Source: an uncultured Gammaproteobacteria bacterium (GTDB lineage Bacteria; Pseudomonadota; Gammaproteobacteria; DRLM01). From it: a stretch of DNA of 64,000 nt. Below, in pieces: positions 41,027 through 51,436 of this stretch. The notes under the pieces are model-generated. The model did no database searches, was not told the origin of the DNA, and saw only the letters and a program-made list of their open reading frames with translations. The translations under genes and the position numbers were made by a program. Each line of letters starts with the position of its first letter. The stretch's first letter is position 1. The stretch spans positions 250,686-314,685 of the forward strand of contig CAVXFH010000002.1 of assembly GCA_963761035.1 (NCBI GenBank), written 5' to 3'.

Positions 41027-42850
41027 ATGAAACCTGCGACTATCAATACAACCACAACGGATAATCGCCGCGATTTGAAGGTTATTCGTACCCTGCTCCC
41101 CTATCTCTGGGAATATCGAACACGGGTCCTGTGGGCCTTGGGTTGTCTGATCCTGGCCAAGGTCGCCAATGTCTCCATCCCCTTGGCGCTTAAGGGCATC
41201 GTCGACAGGCTGGACGCCGCCCACAATCCGGTGCTGGTCTTGCCGGTTGCCTTTCTGGTCGCCTACGGCGCGTTGCGCCTGGCCAGTTCCCTGTTCGGCG
41301 AATTACGCGACGCTATCTTCGCCAAGGTGACGCAGCGCGCCATTCGCCGTGTCGCCCTACAGGTGTTCCGTCACTTGCACGCCCTGACACTCAGATTTCA
41401 CTTGGAACGACAAACCGGCGGGGTATCCCGCGACATCGAGCGCGGCAGTCGCGGCATCAGTTTTCTGTTGACCTTCATGCTGTTCAACATCATCCCCACC
41501 CTGGTGGAAATCGGTCTGGTAGCCGTGATCCTGTTGATGAAATATCAGGCGGCCTTCGCTCTCATCACCTTCGGCACGGTGGCGGTATATATCGTATTCA
41601 CCCTGGCCGTTACCGAGTGGCGCATGAAATACCGCCGCACTATGAACGAAATGGACTCCAAGGCCAATACCCGCGCCATCGACAGTCTGCTCAATTACGA
41701 AACCGTGAAATATTTCGGCAATGAAGACTTCGAGGCTAAACGCTACGATGAAAACCTGTCGGCGTGGGAGAAGGCCGCGGTAAAAAGTCAGACCTCGCTG
41801 TCCTTTCTCAACTTCGGGCAAGGGGCCATCGTCGCCCTGGGTATCACCTGGCTATTGTTCCTCGCCGCCGGCGGCGTTGTGAATCATACCCTCACGATGG
41901 GCGATCTGGTGCTGATAAACGCCTATCTGCTGCAGTTGTTTATTCCCATGAACTTCCTCGGTTTCGTCTATCGTGAAATCAAACACTCCCTGGCCGACAT
42001 GGAAAAGATGTTCAAGCTGCTGGACGAAAACCCCGCTATTCGCGATAAATCCGATGCAAAAGCGCTCGAGGTCGGCGACGGTGCCATTCGCTTCGAACAA
42101 GTCGATTTCGGCTATACGCAGCAACGGCAAATCCTGTTCAACGTGGATTTCGCGGTCCCCGCCGGACAGAAGGTGGCGGTAGTGGGCACCAGCGGCAGCG
42201 GCAAATCGACTCTGGTAAGACTGTTGTTTCGTTTTTATGATGTCGACGGCGGACGCATCTTTATCAATAATCAGGACATCCGCGACATAACCCAGCAAAG
42301 CCTGCGCGCCGCCATCGGTATCGTGCCGCAAGATACTGTGCTGTTCAACGACACCATTTATTACAATATCGCTTATGCCAACCCGGCGGCTTCACGCGAG
42401 GAGGTTGTCAGTGCCTCACGAATGGCTCATATACATACATTCATCGAATCGCTGCCGGATGGTTACGACACAATGGTGGGCGAACGCGGCCTGAAACTCT
42501 CCGGAGGCGAAAAGCAACGCATAGCCATCGCCAGGGTGATACTCAAAAATCCGCGCATTTTGATCTTCGATGAAGCCACATCAGCCTTGGATTCCAATTC
42601 CGAGCAGGCAATCCTCCGGGAATTGCGCGCCATCGCCGCCGATCACACCACGCTGGTCATCGCCCATCGCCTGTCCACCATCGTTGATGCCGACCAAATC
42701 CTGGTGCTGGAGAAAGGGCACATCGTCGAACGCGGCAGCCATCAGAACCTGCTCGCGCTGGGAGGTGTCTATGCCCAACTTTGGAAGCTGCAGCAGGAAG
42801 AACGAAAAAAGGTCGCCCACCAGCATCGGCTTGCCTTTGAAAGCGAATAA
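41027..42850 (+). CDS. ABC transporter, fused permease/ATPase, Atm1/HMT1-like exporter
   Basis: Six-TM exporter domain (LLPYLWEYR...), Walker A GTSGSGKST, signature LSGGEKQR, Walker B ILIFDEATSALD. An alternative upstream ATG at 40928 would add 33 aa. Confidence 0.85.
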   Translation: MKPATINTTTTDNRRDLKVIRTLLPYLWEYRTRVLWALGCLILAKVANVSIPLALKGIVDRLDAAHNPVLVLPVAFLVAYGALRLASSLFGELRDAIFAKVTQRAIRRVALQVFRHLHALTLRFHLERQTGGVSRDIERGSRGISFLLTFMLFNIIPTLVEIGLVAVILLMKYQAAFALITFGTVAVYIVFTLAVTEWRMKYRRTMNEMDSKANTRAIDSLLNYETVKYFGNEDFEAKRYDENLSAWEKAAVKSQTSLSFLNFGQGAIVALGITWLLFLAAGGVVNHTLTMGDLVLINAYLLQLFIPMNFLGFVYREIKHSLADMEKMFKLLDENPAIRDKSDAKALEVGDGAIRFEQVDFGYTQQRQILFNVDFAVPAGQKVAVVGTSGSGKSTLVRLLFRFYDVDGGRIFINNQDIRDITQQSLRAAIGIVPQDTVLFNDTIYYNIAYANPAASREEVVSASRMAHIHTFIESLPDGYDTMVGERGLKLSGGEKQRIAIARVILKNPRILIFDEATSALDSNSEQAILRELRAIAADHTTLVIAHRLSTIVDADQILVLEKGHIVERGSHQNLLALGGVYAQLWKLQQEERKKVAHQHRLAFESE

Positions 42851-42999
42851 CGGCGGCCTAAGGAACACGAGGCTGAGAAAATTATCGCGGCAAAATTGCG
42901 GCTTAACCGAATTCATGCGTGGGTTTCCTTTGATTTTCCTTCTGACTATTTGCCGCCGCTCAATATAATCCCGGCCCAAAGCTATGCTAACGTAACGGT

Positions 43000-44559
43000 A
43001 TGAATATCACCGCGCCCAGCCCTCCCGACGATCCGCTGACGTTGCGGCGCGTCGCCATCGATACCTACCGCGAAAACGTCGCCTATCTGCATCGCGATTG
43101 CGCCATCTATCGCGCCGAAGGTTTTCAGGCCTTGTCCAAAGTGGAAGTTCGCGGCAACGGCACGCGCATCTTTGCCCTGCTCAATGTTGTAGACGACACC
43201 GCCATCGTCAACGAGCAGCAGTTGGGTCTCTCTGAACAAGCCTTTACCCAGATCGGCCTCGCGGAAGGAAAACCCATCCAAATCGCCCACGCCGAGCCGC
43301 CACGCTCCATGGATGCGGTCCGGCGCAAGATCGGCGGCGAGCGCCTCTCCCTGGAGGATTTTCAAAGCATCGCCTTTGAAATCACCGACAATCGCTACTC
43401 GAAGATGGAAATAGCCGCCTTCCTGGTGGCGGCGGGACAGGCGGGACTCGACCGTGACGAGGTGCTGTATCTTACTCGCGCCATGCTGGAGTCCGGCGAA
43501 CGCTTGGATTGGCAGGAACCCCTGGTGGCTGACAAACACTGCATCGGCGGTATCCCCGGCAATCGCACCTCCATGCTGGTGGTCCCCATCGTCGCCGCGC
43601 ACGGCATGTTGATCCCCAAGACCTCCAGCCGCGCCATCACCTCCCCCGCCGGTACCGCCGACACCATGGAAGTCTTGGCCAAGGTGAATCTTTCCCCTGA
43701 CGCCTTGCGCGATATTGTCCATCGCCAGCGCGGCTGCCTGGCCTGGGGCGGCACCGCCCGCCTGGCGCCGGTGGACGATGTGCTCATCTCGGTGGAACGC
43801 CCCCTCGGCATCGACGCACCCGGCCAATTGGTCGCCTCGATCCTCGCCAAGAAGCTTGCCGCCGGCTCCACGCATTTGCTCATCGACATCCCGGTCGGCC
43901 CCACCGCCAAGGTGCGCCACATGCGCGAGGCCCTGCAGTTGCGCAAATTATTCGAATTTGTCGGCGACCGCATGGGCCTGCACCTGGAGGTGGTCATCAC
44001 CGACGGCCGCCAGCCGCTGGGCCGCGGCATCGGGCCGGTGCTGGAAGCGCGGGATGTAATGCAAGTCCTGGAAAACCATGCCGCTGCGCCGCCGGACCTG
44101 CGTCAAAAGGCCCTGCGCCTCGCCGGCCGCGTATTGGAATTCGACCCCGACGTGCGCGGCGGCAATGGTTACACTATCGCCCGCGATATCCTCGACTCCG
44201 GCCGCGCCCTGGCCAAGATGAATGCCATCATCGACGCCCAGGGGAGGCGCCCGGATCAGCCCAAGCCCGGCCCGCTCCGCTACGAGGTCGCGGCGGACCG
44301 CGACGGCGTGGTTACCGCCATCGACAATTTCCTGCTGGCGCGGGCGGCGCGCATCGCCGGCGCGCCTATGGATAAGGGCGCCGGCGTGGATTTGTTGAAA
44401 AAATTAGGCGAACCTGTACAAAAGGGCGAGCCGCTGTATCGTGTTCACGCCGAATTTCCCGCCGATTTCAAATTCGCCCGCGCCCTCACCGACGAACACG
44501 GCAGCGGCTACCTCATCGGCGATACGACCGAGATACCAAAATTGTACGTCGAGTTTTGA
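43000..44559 (+). CDS. Thymidine phosphorylase family protein, long (archaeal AMP-phosphorylase-like) type
   Basis: 519 aa. About 80-aa N-terminal extension, then the glycosyl-transferase family 3 core ([43 protein letters not shown]) and a C-terminal PYNP domain. Confidence 0.85.
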   Translation: MNITAPSPPDDPLTLRRVAIDTYRENVAYLHRDCAIYRAEGFQALSKVEVRGNGTRIFALLNVVDDTAIVNEQQLGLSEQAFTQIGLAEGKPIQIAHAEPPRSMDAVRRKIGGERLSLEDFQSIAFEITDNRYSKMEIAAFLVAAGQAGLDRDEVLYLTRAMLESGERLDWQEPLVADKHCIGGIPGNRTSMLVVPIVAAHGMLIPKTSSRAITSPAGTADTMEVLAKVNLSPDALRDIVHRQRGCLAWGGTARLAPVDDVLISVERPLGIDAPGQLVASILAKKLAAGSTHLLIDIPVGPTAKVRHMREALQLRKLFEFVGDRMGLHLEVVITDGRQPLGRGIGPVLEARDVMQVLENHAAAPPDLRQKALRLAGRVLEFDPDVRGGNGYTIARDILDSGRALAKMNAIIDAQGRRPDQPKPGPLRYEVAADRDGVVTAIDNFLLARAARIAGAPMDKGAGVDLLKKLGEPVQKGEPLYRVHAEFPADFKFARALTDEHGSGYLIGDTTEIPKLYVEF

Positions 44560-45447
44560 ATGATGAATTCCACCGATACCTTGGTTCTTGGTTTCCCCGA
44601 ATACGCCGCTGCCGCTCGCCGCCTTGCCGGCGCCTTGAATTTCCCTTATGACGAAATGCAGCTCCACCGTTTTCCGGACGGCGAAAGCAGGGTGCGTATT
44701 CCAGCGCGGATGCCCGAGCGGCTTATTCTCTGCCGCAGCCTCGATCATCCCAACGACAAACTCATTGAGTTATTGCTGGCGGCGGAAACGGCGCGCGCAG
44801 CCGGAGCGAAACATATCACGCTGGTGGCGCCCTATCTTTGTTACATGCGCCAAGACGCCGCCTTCCATCCCGGCGAAGCGGTGAGCCAGCGCATCATCGG
44901 CCGTTGGCTGGCAGGTCAGTTCGACACCGTAATCACCGTCGACCCCCACCTGCACCGCGTGCAGCAACTCAGTGAAATCCTGCCCGCCAAACACGCCGTC
45001 ACCCTCAGCGCCGGCCCTTTAATAGCGGCCTATTTATGCAAGCATCTGGGGCAGTCCTTGCTGATCGGTCCTGACAGCGAATCGCGGCAATGGGTGGCGC
45101 AGATCGCGGCCCTGGCCGGGATGGAATATCTGATAGCGGAAAAACAACGCCTCGCGGACCGGGAAGTGCGCATCCATCTTCCTGCGCACCCTCTCAAAGG
45201 CCGAATCGCCGTCATCGTGGATGACGTGGCAAGTACCGCCCACACCCTGGCCGCTGCCGCTCGATTGTTGCGCGACGCCGGCGCGGCGGCGATTCATTGT
45301 TGCGTTACCCACGGCCTGTTTCTTGGCGATGCGGCAATGTTATTGCGCGATTCCGGCGTCGATCGGGTTTTGAGCACCGACAGCGTGCCACATCCCTCCA
45401 ATGTCATCGAACTTGCCGGCATCCTGGCCGCGGCGCTTAGAGGCTAG
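44560..45447 (+). CDS. Ribose-phosphate pyrophosphokinase (PRPP synthetase) family protein, divergent
   Basis: HRFPDGESRVRI, ITLVAPYLCYMRQD, TVDPHLH, VIVDDVASTAHTL (PRPP-binding loop). The start ATG abuts the stop of the upstream gene (TGAATG). Confidence 0.85.
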   Translation: MMNSTDTLVLGFPEYAAAARRLAGALNFPYDEMQLHRFPDGESRVRIPARMPERLILCRSLDHPNDKLIELLLAAETARAAGAKHITLVAPYLCYMRQDAAFHPGEAVSQRIIGRWLAGQFDTVITVDPHLHRVQQLSEILPAKHAVTLSAGPLIAAYLCKHLGQSLLIGPDSESRQWVAQIAALAGMEYLIAEKQRLADREVRIHLPAHPLKGRIAVIVDDVASTAHTLAAAARLLRDAGAAAIHCCVTHGLFLGDAAMLLRDSGVDRVLSTDSVPHPSNVIELAGILAAALRG

Positions 45448-45452
45448 GGACC

Positions 45453-46115
45453 ATGCCGTTTAACCCGCGGCAATTGATCGGCTTCGCCCTGCTCCTGGGG
45501 TTACTCCTGGCCTTCGTGCAGGCCGGCATCCTCACAATCGCCTTCGCGAAGTTGGGATTGTCGTCGCACTCGGCCTTTGTCTTGCTGTTCGCCTCCCTGT
45601 TCGGCAGCGCCGTCAATCTGCCCATCGCCAAGATCGATGCCGAACGCCCGCCGCTGGAATCCATACCGGAACAATTGCGCGGGGTCATGGAACAAGTCTT
45701 CCGCAAATTCCAGGGCAAGACCATCATTGCGGTCAATGCGGGAGGCTGTCTGATCCCGATGATGTTTTCCTATTATTTAATCCAATTCAACCGGCTCGAT
45801 CTCTTCAAGGTAATCGCGGCCACCCTCATCGTCGCCGCCGTCAGCCGCTGGGCGAGCCGCCCCGTGCCAGGGTTGGGAATCGGAATGCCGATCTTTATCG
45901 CCCCCATTACCGCCGCCCTCACCGCGGTCGGCATCGATCCCGACCAAAGCGCGCCGCTCGCCTATATTTGCGGCACGCTGGGCGTATTGATCGGCGCCGA
46001 TTTGCTGCGTTTCAAGGATATCCGCAAAATGGGGGTGCCCATCGCCTCCATCGGCGGCGCCGGTACGTTTGACGGAATATTCATTACGGGGATCGTCGCC
46101 GTGTTGTTAGCCTAG
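45453..46115 (+). CDS. DUF1614-family integral membrane protein
   Basis: 220 aa, multi-TM, AVNAGGCLIPMMFSYYL motif as I recall for DUF1614. Starts 5 nt after the PRPP-synthetase-like stop. Confidence 0.65.
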   Translation: MPFNPRQLIGFALLLGLLLAFVQAGILTIAFAKLGLSSHSAFVLLFASLFGSAVNLPIAKIDAERPPLESIPEQLRGVMEQVFRKFQGKTIIAVNAGGCLIPMMFSYYLIQFNRLDLFKVIAATLIVAAVSRWASRPVPGLGIGMPIFIAPITAALTAVGIDPDQSAPLAYICGTLGVLIGADLLRFKDIRKMGVPIASIGGAGTFDGIFITGIVAVLLA

Positions 46116-46147
46116 ATAATGTGCAAGCCGCACTATGCATACATTGA

Positions 46148-47323
46148 ATGGGGCATGCCATGACTGACCATGACTACGCGCTGGGCGAATTAAACAAGAA
46201 CATCACCCTGTCGCAAAAACTGTCGTTCATACACAGCCTCATCGGCAAGCAGATCGCCGCCATTGCCCGTATATCGGTCGCGGTCTACGATCCCAAGTCC
46301 GATATATTGAAGACCTTTCTCCATAGCAGCGGCGGCGACAATCCCCTTTCCAATTACCAGGCGCCCCTCGGCGCCGTGATCTCCTTGCAGGATATCGCCC
46401 GTACCGGCAAACCGCGGGTCATCAACGATCTCGACGCACAATACCAAGGCACCGGCGAACACAGCCATAAGATGGCCAAGCAAGGCTATGGATCGAGCTA
46501 TACCCTCCCCATGTATCTCAACGATACCTTCTTCGGCTTCGTGTTCTTCAACTCTTATGAGAAAAATGCCTTCCAAAGCCCCCTGCTCCCGACCCTGGAC
46601 TTATACGGCCATTTGATATCGCTCACCGTCATCAACGAGTTGGCCGTCATCCATACTATGCTGGCGGCGGTCAGGACCGCCCGCGACATGACCGCATACC
46701 GCGACGTGGAAACCGGCGCCCACCTCGACCGCATGGCGAGTTACGCGCGCCTCATCGCCAAGACACTCGCCGTCAAGTACGATTTTAGCGACGAGTACAT
46801 CGAGCATCTCTTCCTCTTCGCGCCGCTCCACGACATCGGCAAAATCAGTGTGCCGGACAGTATCCTGCACAAGCAAGGCCCGCTCGACGCGACGGAGATC
46901 GCGATTATGAAACGGCATGCTCTAAAAGGACGGGAGATCGTCGATGCCATGCTCAGCGAATTCGGCCTCAATGCTCTGCCCTATATGGAGGTATTACGCA
47001 ACATCATCGAATTCCATCACGAAAAACTGGACGCCAGCGGATATCCGCACGGTCTCAGCGACGACCGTATCCCCATCGAGGCGCGCATCATCGCGGTCGC
47101 CGATATGTTCGATGCCCTCACCAGCCGCCGTCCCTATAAGCAGGCCTGGAGCAATGAGGAAGCCTTTTCTCTGCTGCGCACTCTCTCGGGCACTAAACTG
47201 GACGCGGACTGCATCGATGCGCTGATCGCCCAAACCGACGAAGTGAATCAGATCCAGGCCCGCTTCCGCGGCGATGAAACGGTACCCATCCCGCCCGGAA
47301 TAATGGATATTCCCGATTTTTAG
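46148..47323 (+). CDS. HD-GYP domain cyclic-di-GMP phosphodiesterase-like protein with N-terminal GAF-like sensor region
   Basis: FAPLHDIGKISVPDSIL (HD) and EFHHEKLDASGYPHGL (GYP) motifs. Confidence 0.85.
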   Translation: MGHAMTDHDYALGELNKNITLSQKLSFIHSLIGKQIAAIARISVAVYDPKSDILKTFLHSSGGDNPLSNYQAPLGAVISLQDIARTGKPRVINDLDAQYQGTGEHSHKMAKQGYGSSYTLPMYLNDTFFGFVFFNSYEKNAFQSPLLPTLDLYGHLISLTVINELAVIHTMLAAVRTARDMTAYRDVETGAHLDRMASYARLIAKTLAVKYDFSDEYIEHLFLFAPLHDIGKISVPDSILHKQGPLDATEIAIMKRHALKGREIVDAMLSEFGLNALPYMEVLRNIIEFHHEKLDASGYPHGLSDDRIPIEARIIAVADMFDALTSRRPYKQAWSNEEAFSLLRTLSGTKLDADCIDALIAQTDEVNQIQARFRGDETVPIPPGIMDIPDF

Positions 47324-47334
47324 GTTCTATATTT

Positions 47335-48180
47335 ATGACCGGAAAGTCGATCCTGATAACCGGCTGCTCCAGCGGCATCGGCCTGTGCGCGGCGGAGGGA
47401 CTCAAGCGGCGAGGTTACCGGGTATTCGCCACGGCGCGCAAGCTCCAGGACGTCGCCGCACTGCGAACGAAAGGCTTGGAAGCACTGCGCCTGGATTTGG
47501 CCGACTCCCTGTCCATTCATGAAACCGTAGAGGAGGTACTGCGACGCAGCGGCGGCGAAGTGGCTGCCTTGATCAACAACGGCGGCTACGGCCAAGCCGG
47601 GGCGGTGGAGGACTTGAGCCGCGCCGTTTTGCGCGCGCAATTCGAGACCAATTTGTTCGGTGGCGTCGAACTCACCAATCGCGTCCTCCCGGCGATGCGC
47701 GCCCAAGGCCACGGCCGCATTATCCAGATCAGTTCTATCCTGGGCTTGGCGGCCTTGCCTTACCGCGGCGCCTACAATGCGAGCAAGTTCGCTCTCGAGG
47801 GAATAAGCGATACTTTGCGTCTGGAATTGGCGGGCAGCGGCATCCATGTCAGCCTCATCGAACCCGGCCCCATCAAGAGCCGGTTTCGCGCCAATTCCCT
47901 GGAGATGTTCAAGCGCCATATCGACGCTACTCACAGCGCGCATCGCGACAAATACCAAGGGGTACTGCGTCGCCTTGAAAAGGCCGGACCGGTAACGGCC
48001 TTCGCACTGCCTCCCGAGGCGGTGTTGCAACGCATTATCCATGCCCTGGAGAATCCGCGCCCCAGGATTCGTTATTACGTCACCCTGCCGACGTACGTGT
48101 TCGCCGCCCTGCGCCGCTTCCTTCCCTATTCCCTGCTCGATCGGGCGATGTTGGCGATCAGCCGGAATGAAAATAAATAA
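47335..48180 (+). CDS. Short-chain dehydrogenase/reductase (SDR) family oxidoreductase
   Basis: SILITGCSSGIGLCAA (TGxxxGxG), NNGGYG, catalytic YNASK. Confidence 0.85.
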   Translation: MTGKSILITGCSSGIGLCAAEGLKRRGYRVFATARKLQDVAALRTKGLEALRLDLADSLSIHETVEEVLRRSGGEVAALINNGGYGQAGAVEDLSRAVLRAQFETNLFGGVELTNRVLPAMRAQGHGRIIQISSILGLAALPYRGAYNASKFALEGISDTLRLELAGSGIHVSLIEPGPIKSRFRANSLEMFKRHIDATHSAHRDKYQGVLRRLEKAGPVTAFALPPEAVLQRIIHALENPRPRIRYYVTLPTYVFAALRRFLPYSLLDRAMLAISRNENK

Positions 48181-48339
48181 CGGCGCATTGAAACAGGGCA
48201 AGTCCCTCGTACGGGAATTTTTATTAATCCAGCGGCATTCCGGCACTTTCTTCTTTACTCTTTCTTCTTTCCTCTGTTTAATTTAAATTCGTTACTTACT
48301 CAAGTTATTTATGTGCTTTCGTTCAAGAACGGATTACTA

Positions 48340-51123
48340 ATGGCCGCCAACAGTTTCAAATCGCTCGCCACCCTGCGCCACAAAGGCAAACACTACCGCT
48401 ATCACTCCCTCCCGGCCCTGTTCAAGGGCGGACACAAAACGGTGGCCAGGCTGCCCTTCTCCATCAAGATCCTCCTGGAAAACCTGTTGCGCAATGAAGA
48501 CGGCGTCGCGGTCAAGAAGAGCGATATCGAGGCGGTAATCCGCTGGAAAGCCAAGGCCGAACCGGACAAGGAAATCTTCTTCATGCCGGCGCGGGTGGTG
48601 CTGCAGGATTTCACCGGCGTGCCGGCGGTGGCCGATCTGGCGGCGATGCGCGCCGCACTCAAGCGGCTGGGCGGCAATCCCAAGCGCATCAATCCCTACA
48701 CCCCCGCCGACCTGGTCATCGACCACTCGGTCCAGGTCGACCATTACGGCAGCGCCGGCGCCTTGCACGCTAATTCCGAGCTGGAGATGCAGCGCAACCG
48801 CGAGCGTTATCAATTCTTGAAGTGGGGACAGGGCGCCTTCGACAATTTCCGCGTAGTCCCACCGGACAGCGGCATCGTTCACCAAGTCAATCTCGAATTC
48901 CTGGCGCCGCTGACCATGTCCGTCAAAAAAGGCGGCGAAAATTGGCTGTATCCCGACACGGTGATCGGCACGGATTCCCACACCACCATGATCAACGGGC
49001 TGGGCGTATTGGGCTGGGGCGTGGGCGGCATCGAGGCGGAGGCGGCGTTGCTGGGCCAGCCCAGTTCCATGCTGATCCCCCAGGTAGTCGGCTTCAAGCT
49101 GAGCGGCAAACCGGCGGCGGGCATCACGGCCACCGACATTGTCCTCACCGTCACCCAAGTGCTGCGCAAGCACGGCGTGGTCGGAAAGTTCGTGGAGTTC
49201 TACGGCCCCGGCCTCGCCCATCTCGCCCTGGCCGACCGCGCCACCATCGCCAATATGGCGCCGGAATACGGCGCGACCTGCGGCATCTTTCCGGTGGACG
49301 AAAAGACCACCGCCTATCTGCGCCTCACCGGCCGCGATAAACAGGCGGAATTGGCTGAAGCCTATTATAAGGCCCAGGACCTGTGGTACGAACCCAAACT
49401 AGCCGAACCGACTTACAGCCAGGTGATCAAGTTCGATCTCGGCCAAGTCGAACCCAGCCTGGCCGGACCGTCGCGGCCTCAGGATCGCGCCTCGCTCACG
49501 GGTGTGCGCGCCTCTTTCCGTCAGATGCTGGTCAATCAACTGGAACGACAAGGAAAGACCCTCGACAAGGACCAGCGCGACCGCTGGCTGGCCGACGGCG
49601 GCAGTCTGATGGTGGCGCCGGAGTTGACCGGGCGGCGGGTAGAACAAGGCAACGTCTTCGACGTGTGCATGCCGGTACGCCAACCCGATGGCGTCTCTTA
49701 CCACCTCTGCCACGGCTCGGTGGTGATCGCCGCCATCACCTCCTGCACCAACACCTCCAATCCGGCAGTGCTGATGGCCGCCGGCCTGCTGGCGCGCAAT
49801 GCGGTGTGCCGCGGTTTGCAAGTCAAACCCTGGGTCAAAACCAGCCTCGCCCCCGGCTCGCGGGTAGTGACCGAATACCTCGGTGCCGCCGGTTTGTTGC
49901 CCTATCTCGAGGCGCTGCGCTTCCATGTGGTGGGCTACGGCTGCACCACCTGTATCGGCAATAGCGGACCGCTGCCGCCGCACATCGCCACGGCGGTAAA
50001 GGACGGCGACCTTGCCGTGGCCGCGGTGTTGTCGGGAAATCGCAATTTCGAAGGCCGGGTCAATGCGCAGGTGCGCGCCAATTATCTTGCCTCGCCGCCA
50101 TTGGTGGTGGCCTATGCCCTGGCCGGCAATCTCAACCTCGACCTCACTCGCGACCCTTTGGGCCACGATCCCAGCGGGACGCCGGTGTACCTCAAGGATA
50201 TCTGGCCCGGCCAAGCGGAAATCGAGGCGATCGTCAGTCAATACGTCACCCGCGCCCAATTCCAAAACAACTACAAAAAAGTCTTCGACGGCGACAAGGC
50301 CTGGAACACTCTCAGGTCGCCCAAGGGCGAGCTGTTTAAATGGGAGAAAAATTCTACTTATATAAAAAAGCCGCCGTTCTTCACCGGCATCACGCGCCAA
50401 GCGCCGCCGCTCGACGACATTAGCGGCGCGCGGGTGCTGGCCAGGCTCGGCGATTCTGTGACCACCGACCACATCTCGCCCGCCGGTTCCATCGGCCGCA
50501 CCACGCCGGCAGGACAATATCTCATCGCGCAGGGCGTCGATCCCAAGGACTTCAACTCCTACGGCGCGCGGCGCGGCAATCACGAGGTAATGATCCGCGG
50601 CACCTTTGCCAACATCCGCTTGCGCAATCTGCTTGCGCCCGGTACCGAGGGCGGCGTCACCCGCCATCTACCCGACGGCGAACAGATGTCGATATACGAC
50701 GCGGCGATGAAATACCAGGCGAGCAACACGCCACTAATCGTGATCGCCGGCAAAGAATACGGCACCGGCTCGTCGCGCGATTGGGCGGCCAAGGGCACGC
50801 TGTTGCTCGGCATCCGCGCGGTAATTGTTGAGAGTTTTGAACGTATCCATCGCTCCAACCTGGTGGGCATGGGGGTGTTGCCGCTGCAATTCATGTCGGG
50901 CGAGACCGCGGAGAGCCTGGGGTTGAACGGTGAAGAAACCTACGATATCGCCGGTCTCAGTGCGATCAAGCCGGGCCAGCGCCTGCAGGTTAAGGCCACC
51001 ACGCCTTCGGGCGAGGCAAAGATGTTTACGGCGCAATCGCGCATCGACACCGCAAATGAAGTGGAATACTTCCGCCACGGCGGCATCCTGCCGTACGTGC
51101 TGCGGCAGGCGCTGGAGAAATGA
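48340..51123 (+). CDS. acnA: Aconitate hydratase A
   Basis: MAANSFKSLATLRHKGKHYRYHSLPAL...RLPFSIKILLENLLRNEDG parallels the AcnA N-terminus. Fe-S ligands in ITSCTNTSNP and GCTTCIGNSG. About 927 aa from ATG 48340. Confidence 0.95.
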   Translation: MAANSFKSLATLRHKGKHYRYHSLPALFKGGHKTVARLPFSIKILLENLLRNEDGVAVKKSDIEAVIRWKAKAEPDKEIFFMPARVVLQDFTGVPAVADLAAMRAALKRLGGNPKRINPYTPADLVIDHSVQVDHYGSAGALHANSELEMQRNRERYQFLKWGQGAFDNFRVVPPDSGIVHQVNLEFLAPLTMSVKKGGENWLYPDTVIGTDSHTTMINGLGVLGWGVGGIEAEAALLGQPSSMLIPQVVGFKLSGKPAAGITATDIVLTVTQVLRKHGVVGKFVEFYGPGLAHLALADRATIANMAPEYGATCGIFPVDEKTTAYLRLTGRDKQAELAEAYYKAQDLWYEPKLAEPTYSQVIKFDLGQVEPSLAGPSRPQDRASLTGVRASFRQMLVNQLERQGKTLDKDQRDRWLADGGSLMVAPELTGRRVEQGNVFDVCMPVRQPDGVSYHLCHGSVVIAAITSCTNTSNPAVLMAAGLLARNAVCRGLQVKPWVKTSLAPGSRVVTEYLGAAGLLPYLEALRFHVVGYGCTTCIGNSGPLPPHIATAVKDGDLAVAAVLSGNRNFEGRVNAQVRANYLASPPLVVAYALAGNLNLDLTRDPLGHDPSGTPVYLKDIWPGQAEIEAIVSQYVTRAQFQNNYKKVFDGDKAWNTLRSPKGELFKWEKNSTYIKKPPFFTGITRQAPPLDDISGARVLARLGDSVTTDHISPAGSIGRTTPAGQYLIAQGVDPKDFNSYGARRGNHEVMIRGTFANIRLRNLLAPGTEGGVTRHLPDGEQMSIYDAAMKYQASNTPLIVIAGKEYGTGSSRDWAAKGTLLLGIRAVIVESFERIHRSNLVGMGVLPLQFMSGETAESLGLNGEETYDIAGLSAIKPGQRLQVKATTPSGEAKMFTAQSRIDTANEVEYFRHGGILPYVLRQALEK

Positions 51124-51155
51124 AGGCTGTTGTTTCCCGGCAGTTTTGATTACGG

Positions 51156-51186
51156 GAATGCGGCCGGCATTGAGCCGGCCGTATTC
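51156..51186 (+). terminator. GC-rich hairpin after acnA (CGGCCGGC attga GCCGGCCG, flanked by GAAT/ATTC)
   Basis: 8-bp perfect stem 51161-51168 / 51174-51181. No clear U-tract. Confidence 0.5.
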
Positions 51187-51436
51187 ACAACGAAGTTCAA
51201 TCTATCACTTTCCGGATAGGTGAGGGTCCCGGCACTAGCGGGCACACCCGCGTCAAATCGATTCCTTTCGTTATCTCACTTCACTTGGCAAACGGGCGGC
51301 GTCCATGACTGAAGGACATTAGAAAGAGTCACATGCCGCGCCATCGGCGCCAGCACATCTCTCTCGTCTATACAGTAAAAACGTATTGTTTCAATAATTA
51401 ACTGTTGCAAACCGCTTTATAGTTGATTATTGTCTA

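Noticed and set aside
42982-43920. 312-aa - strand ORF, Gly/Ala/Asp/His-rich
   Set aside because: Lies entirely antisense to the well-supported phosphorylase gene. Low-complexity composition is typical of shadow ORFs in GC-rich DNA, and there is no motif.
47320-48246. 308-aa - strand ORF opposite the SDR gene
   Set aside because: Antisense shadow. The + strand protein has all SDR motifs and the - strand product has none.
48337-50667. 294-aa and 422-aa - strand ORFs, plus several + strand off-frame ORFs, inside acnA
   Set aside because: acnA is unambiguous. The others are Arg/Gly/Ala-rich frames generated by high GC.
51390-51436. Possible Fur box in the A/T-rich region upstream of the TPP-enzyme/receptor cassette (CAATAATT, GATTATTGTCTATTG)
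   Set aside because: Only isolated GATAAT-like hexamers are present. My best alignment to the 19-bp Fur consensus matched about half the positions. That is too weak to claim iron regulation without a scoring matrix.
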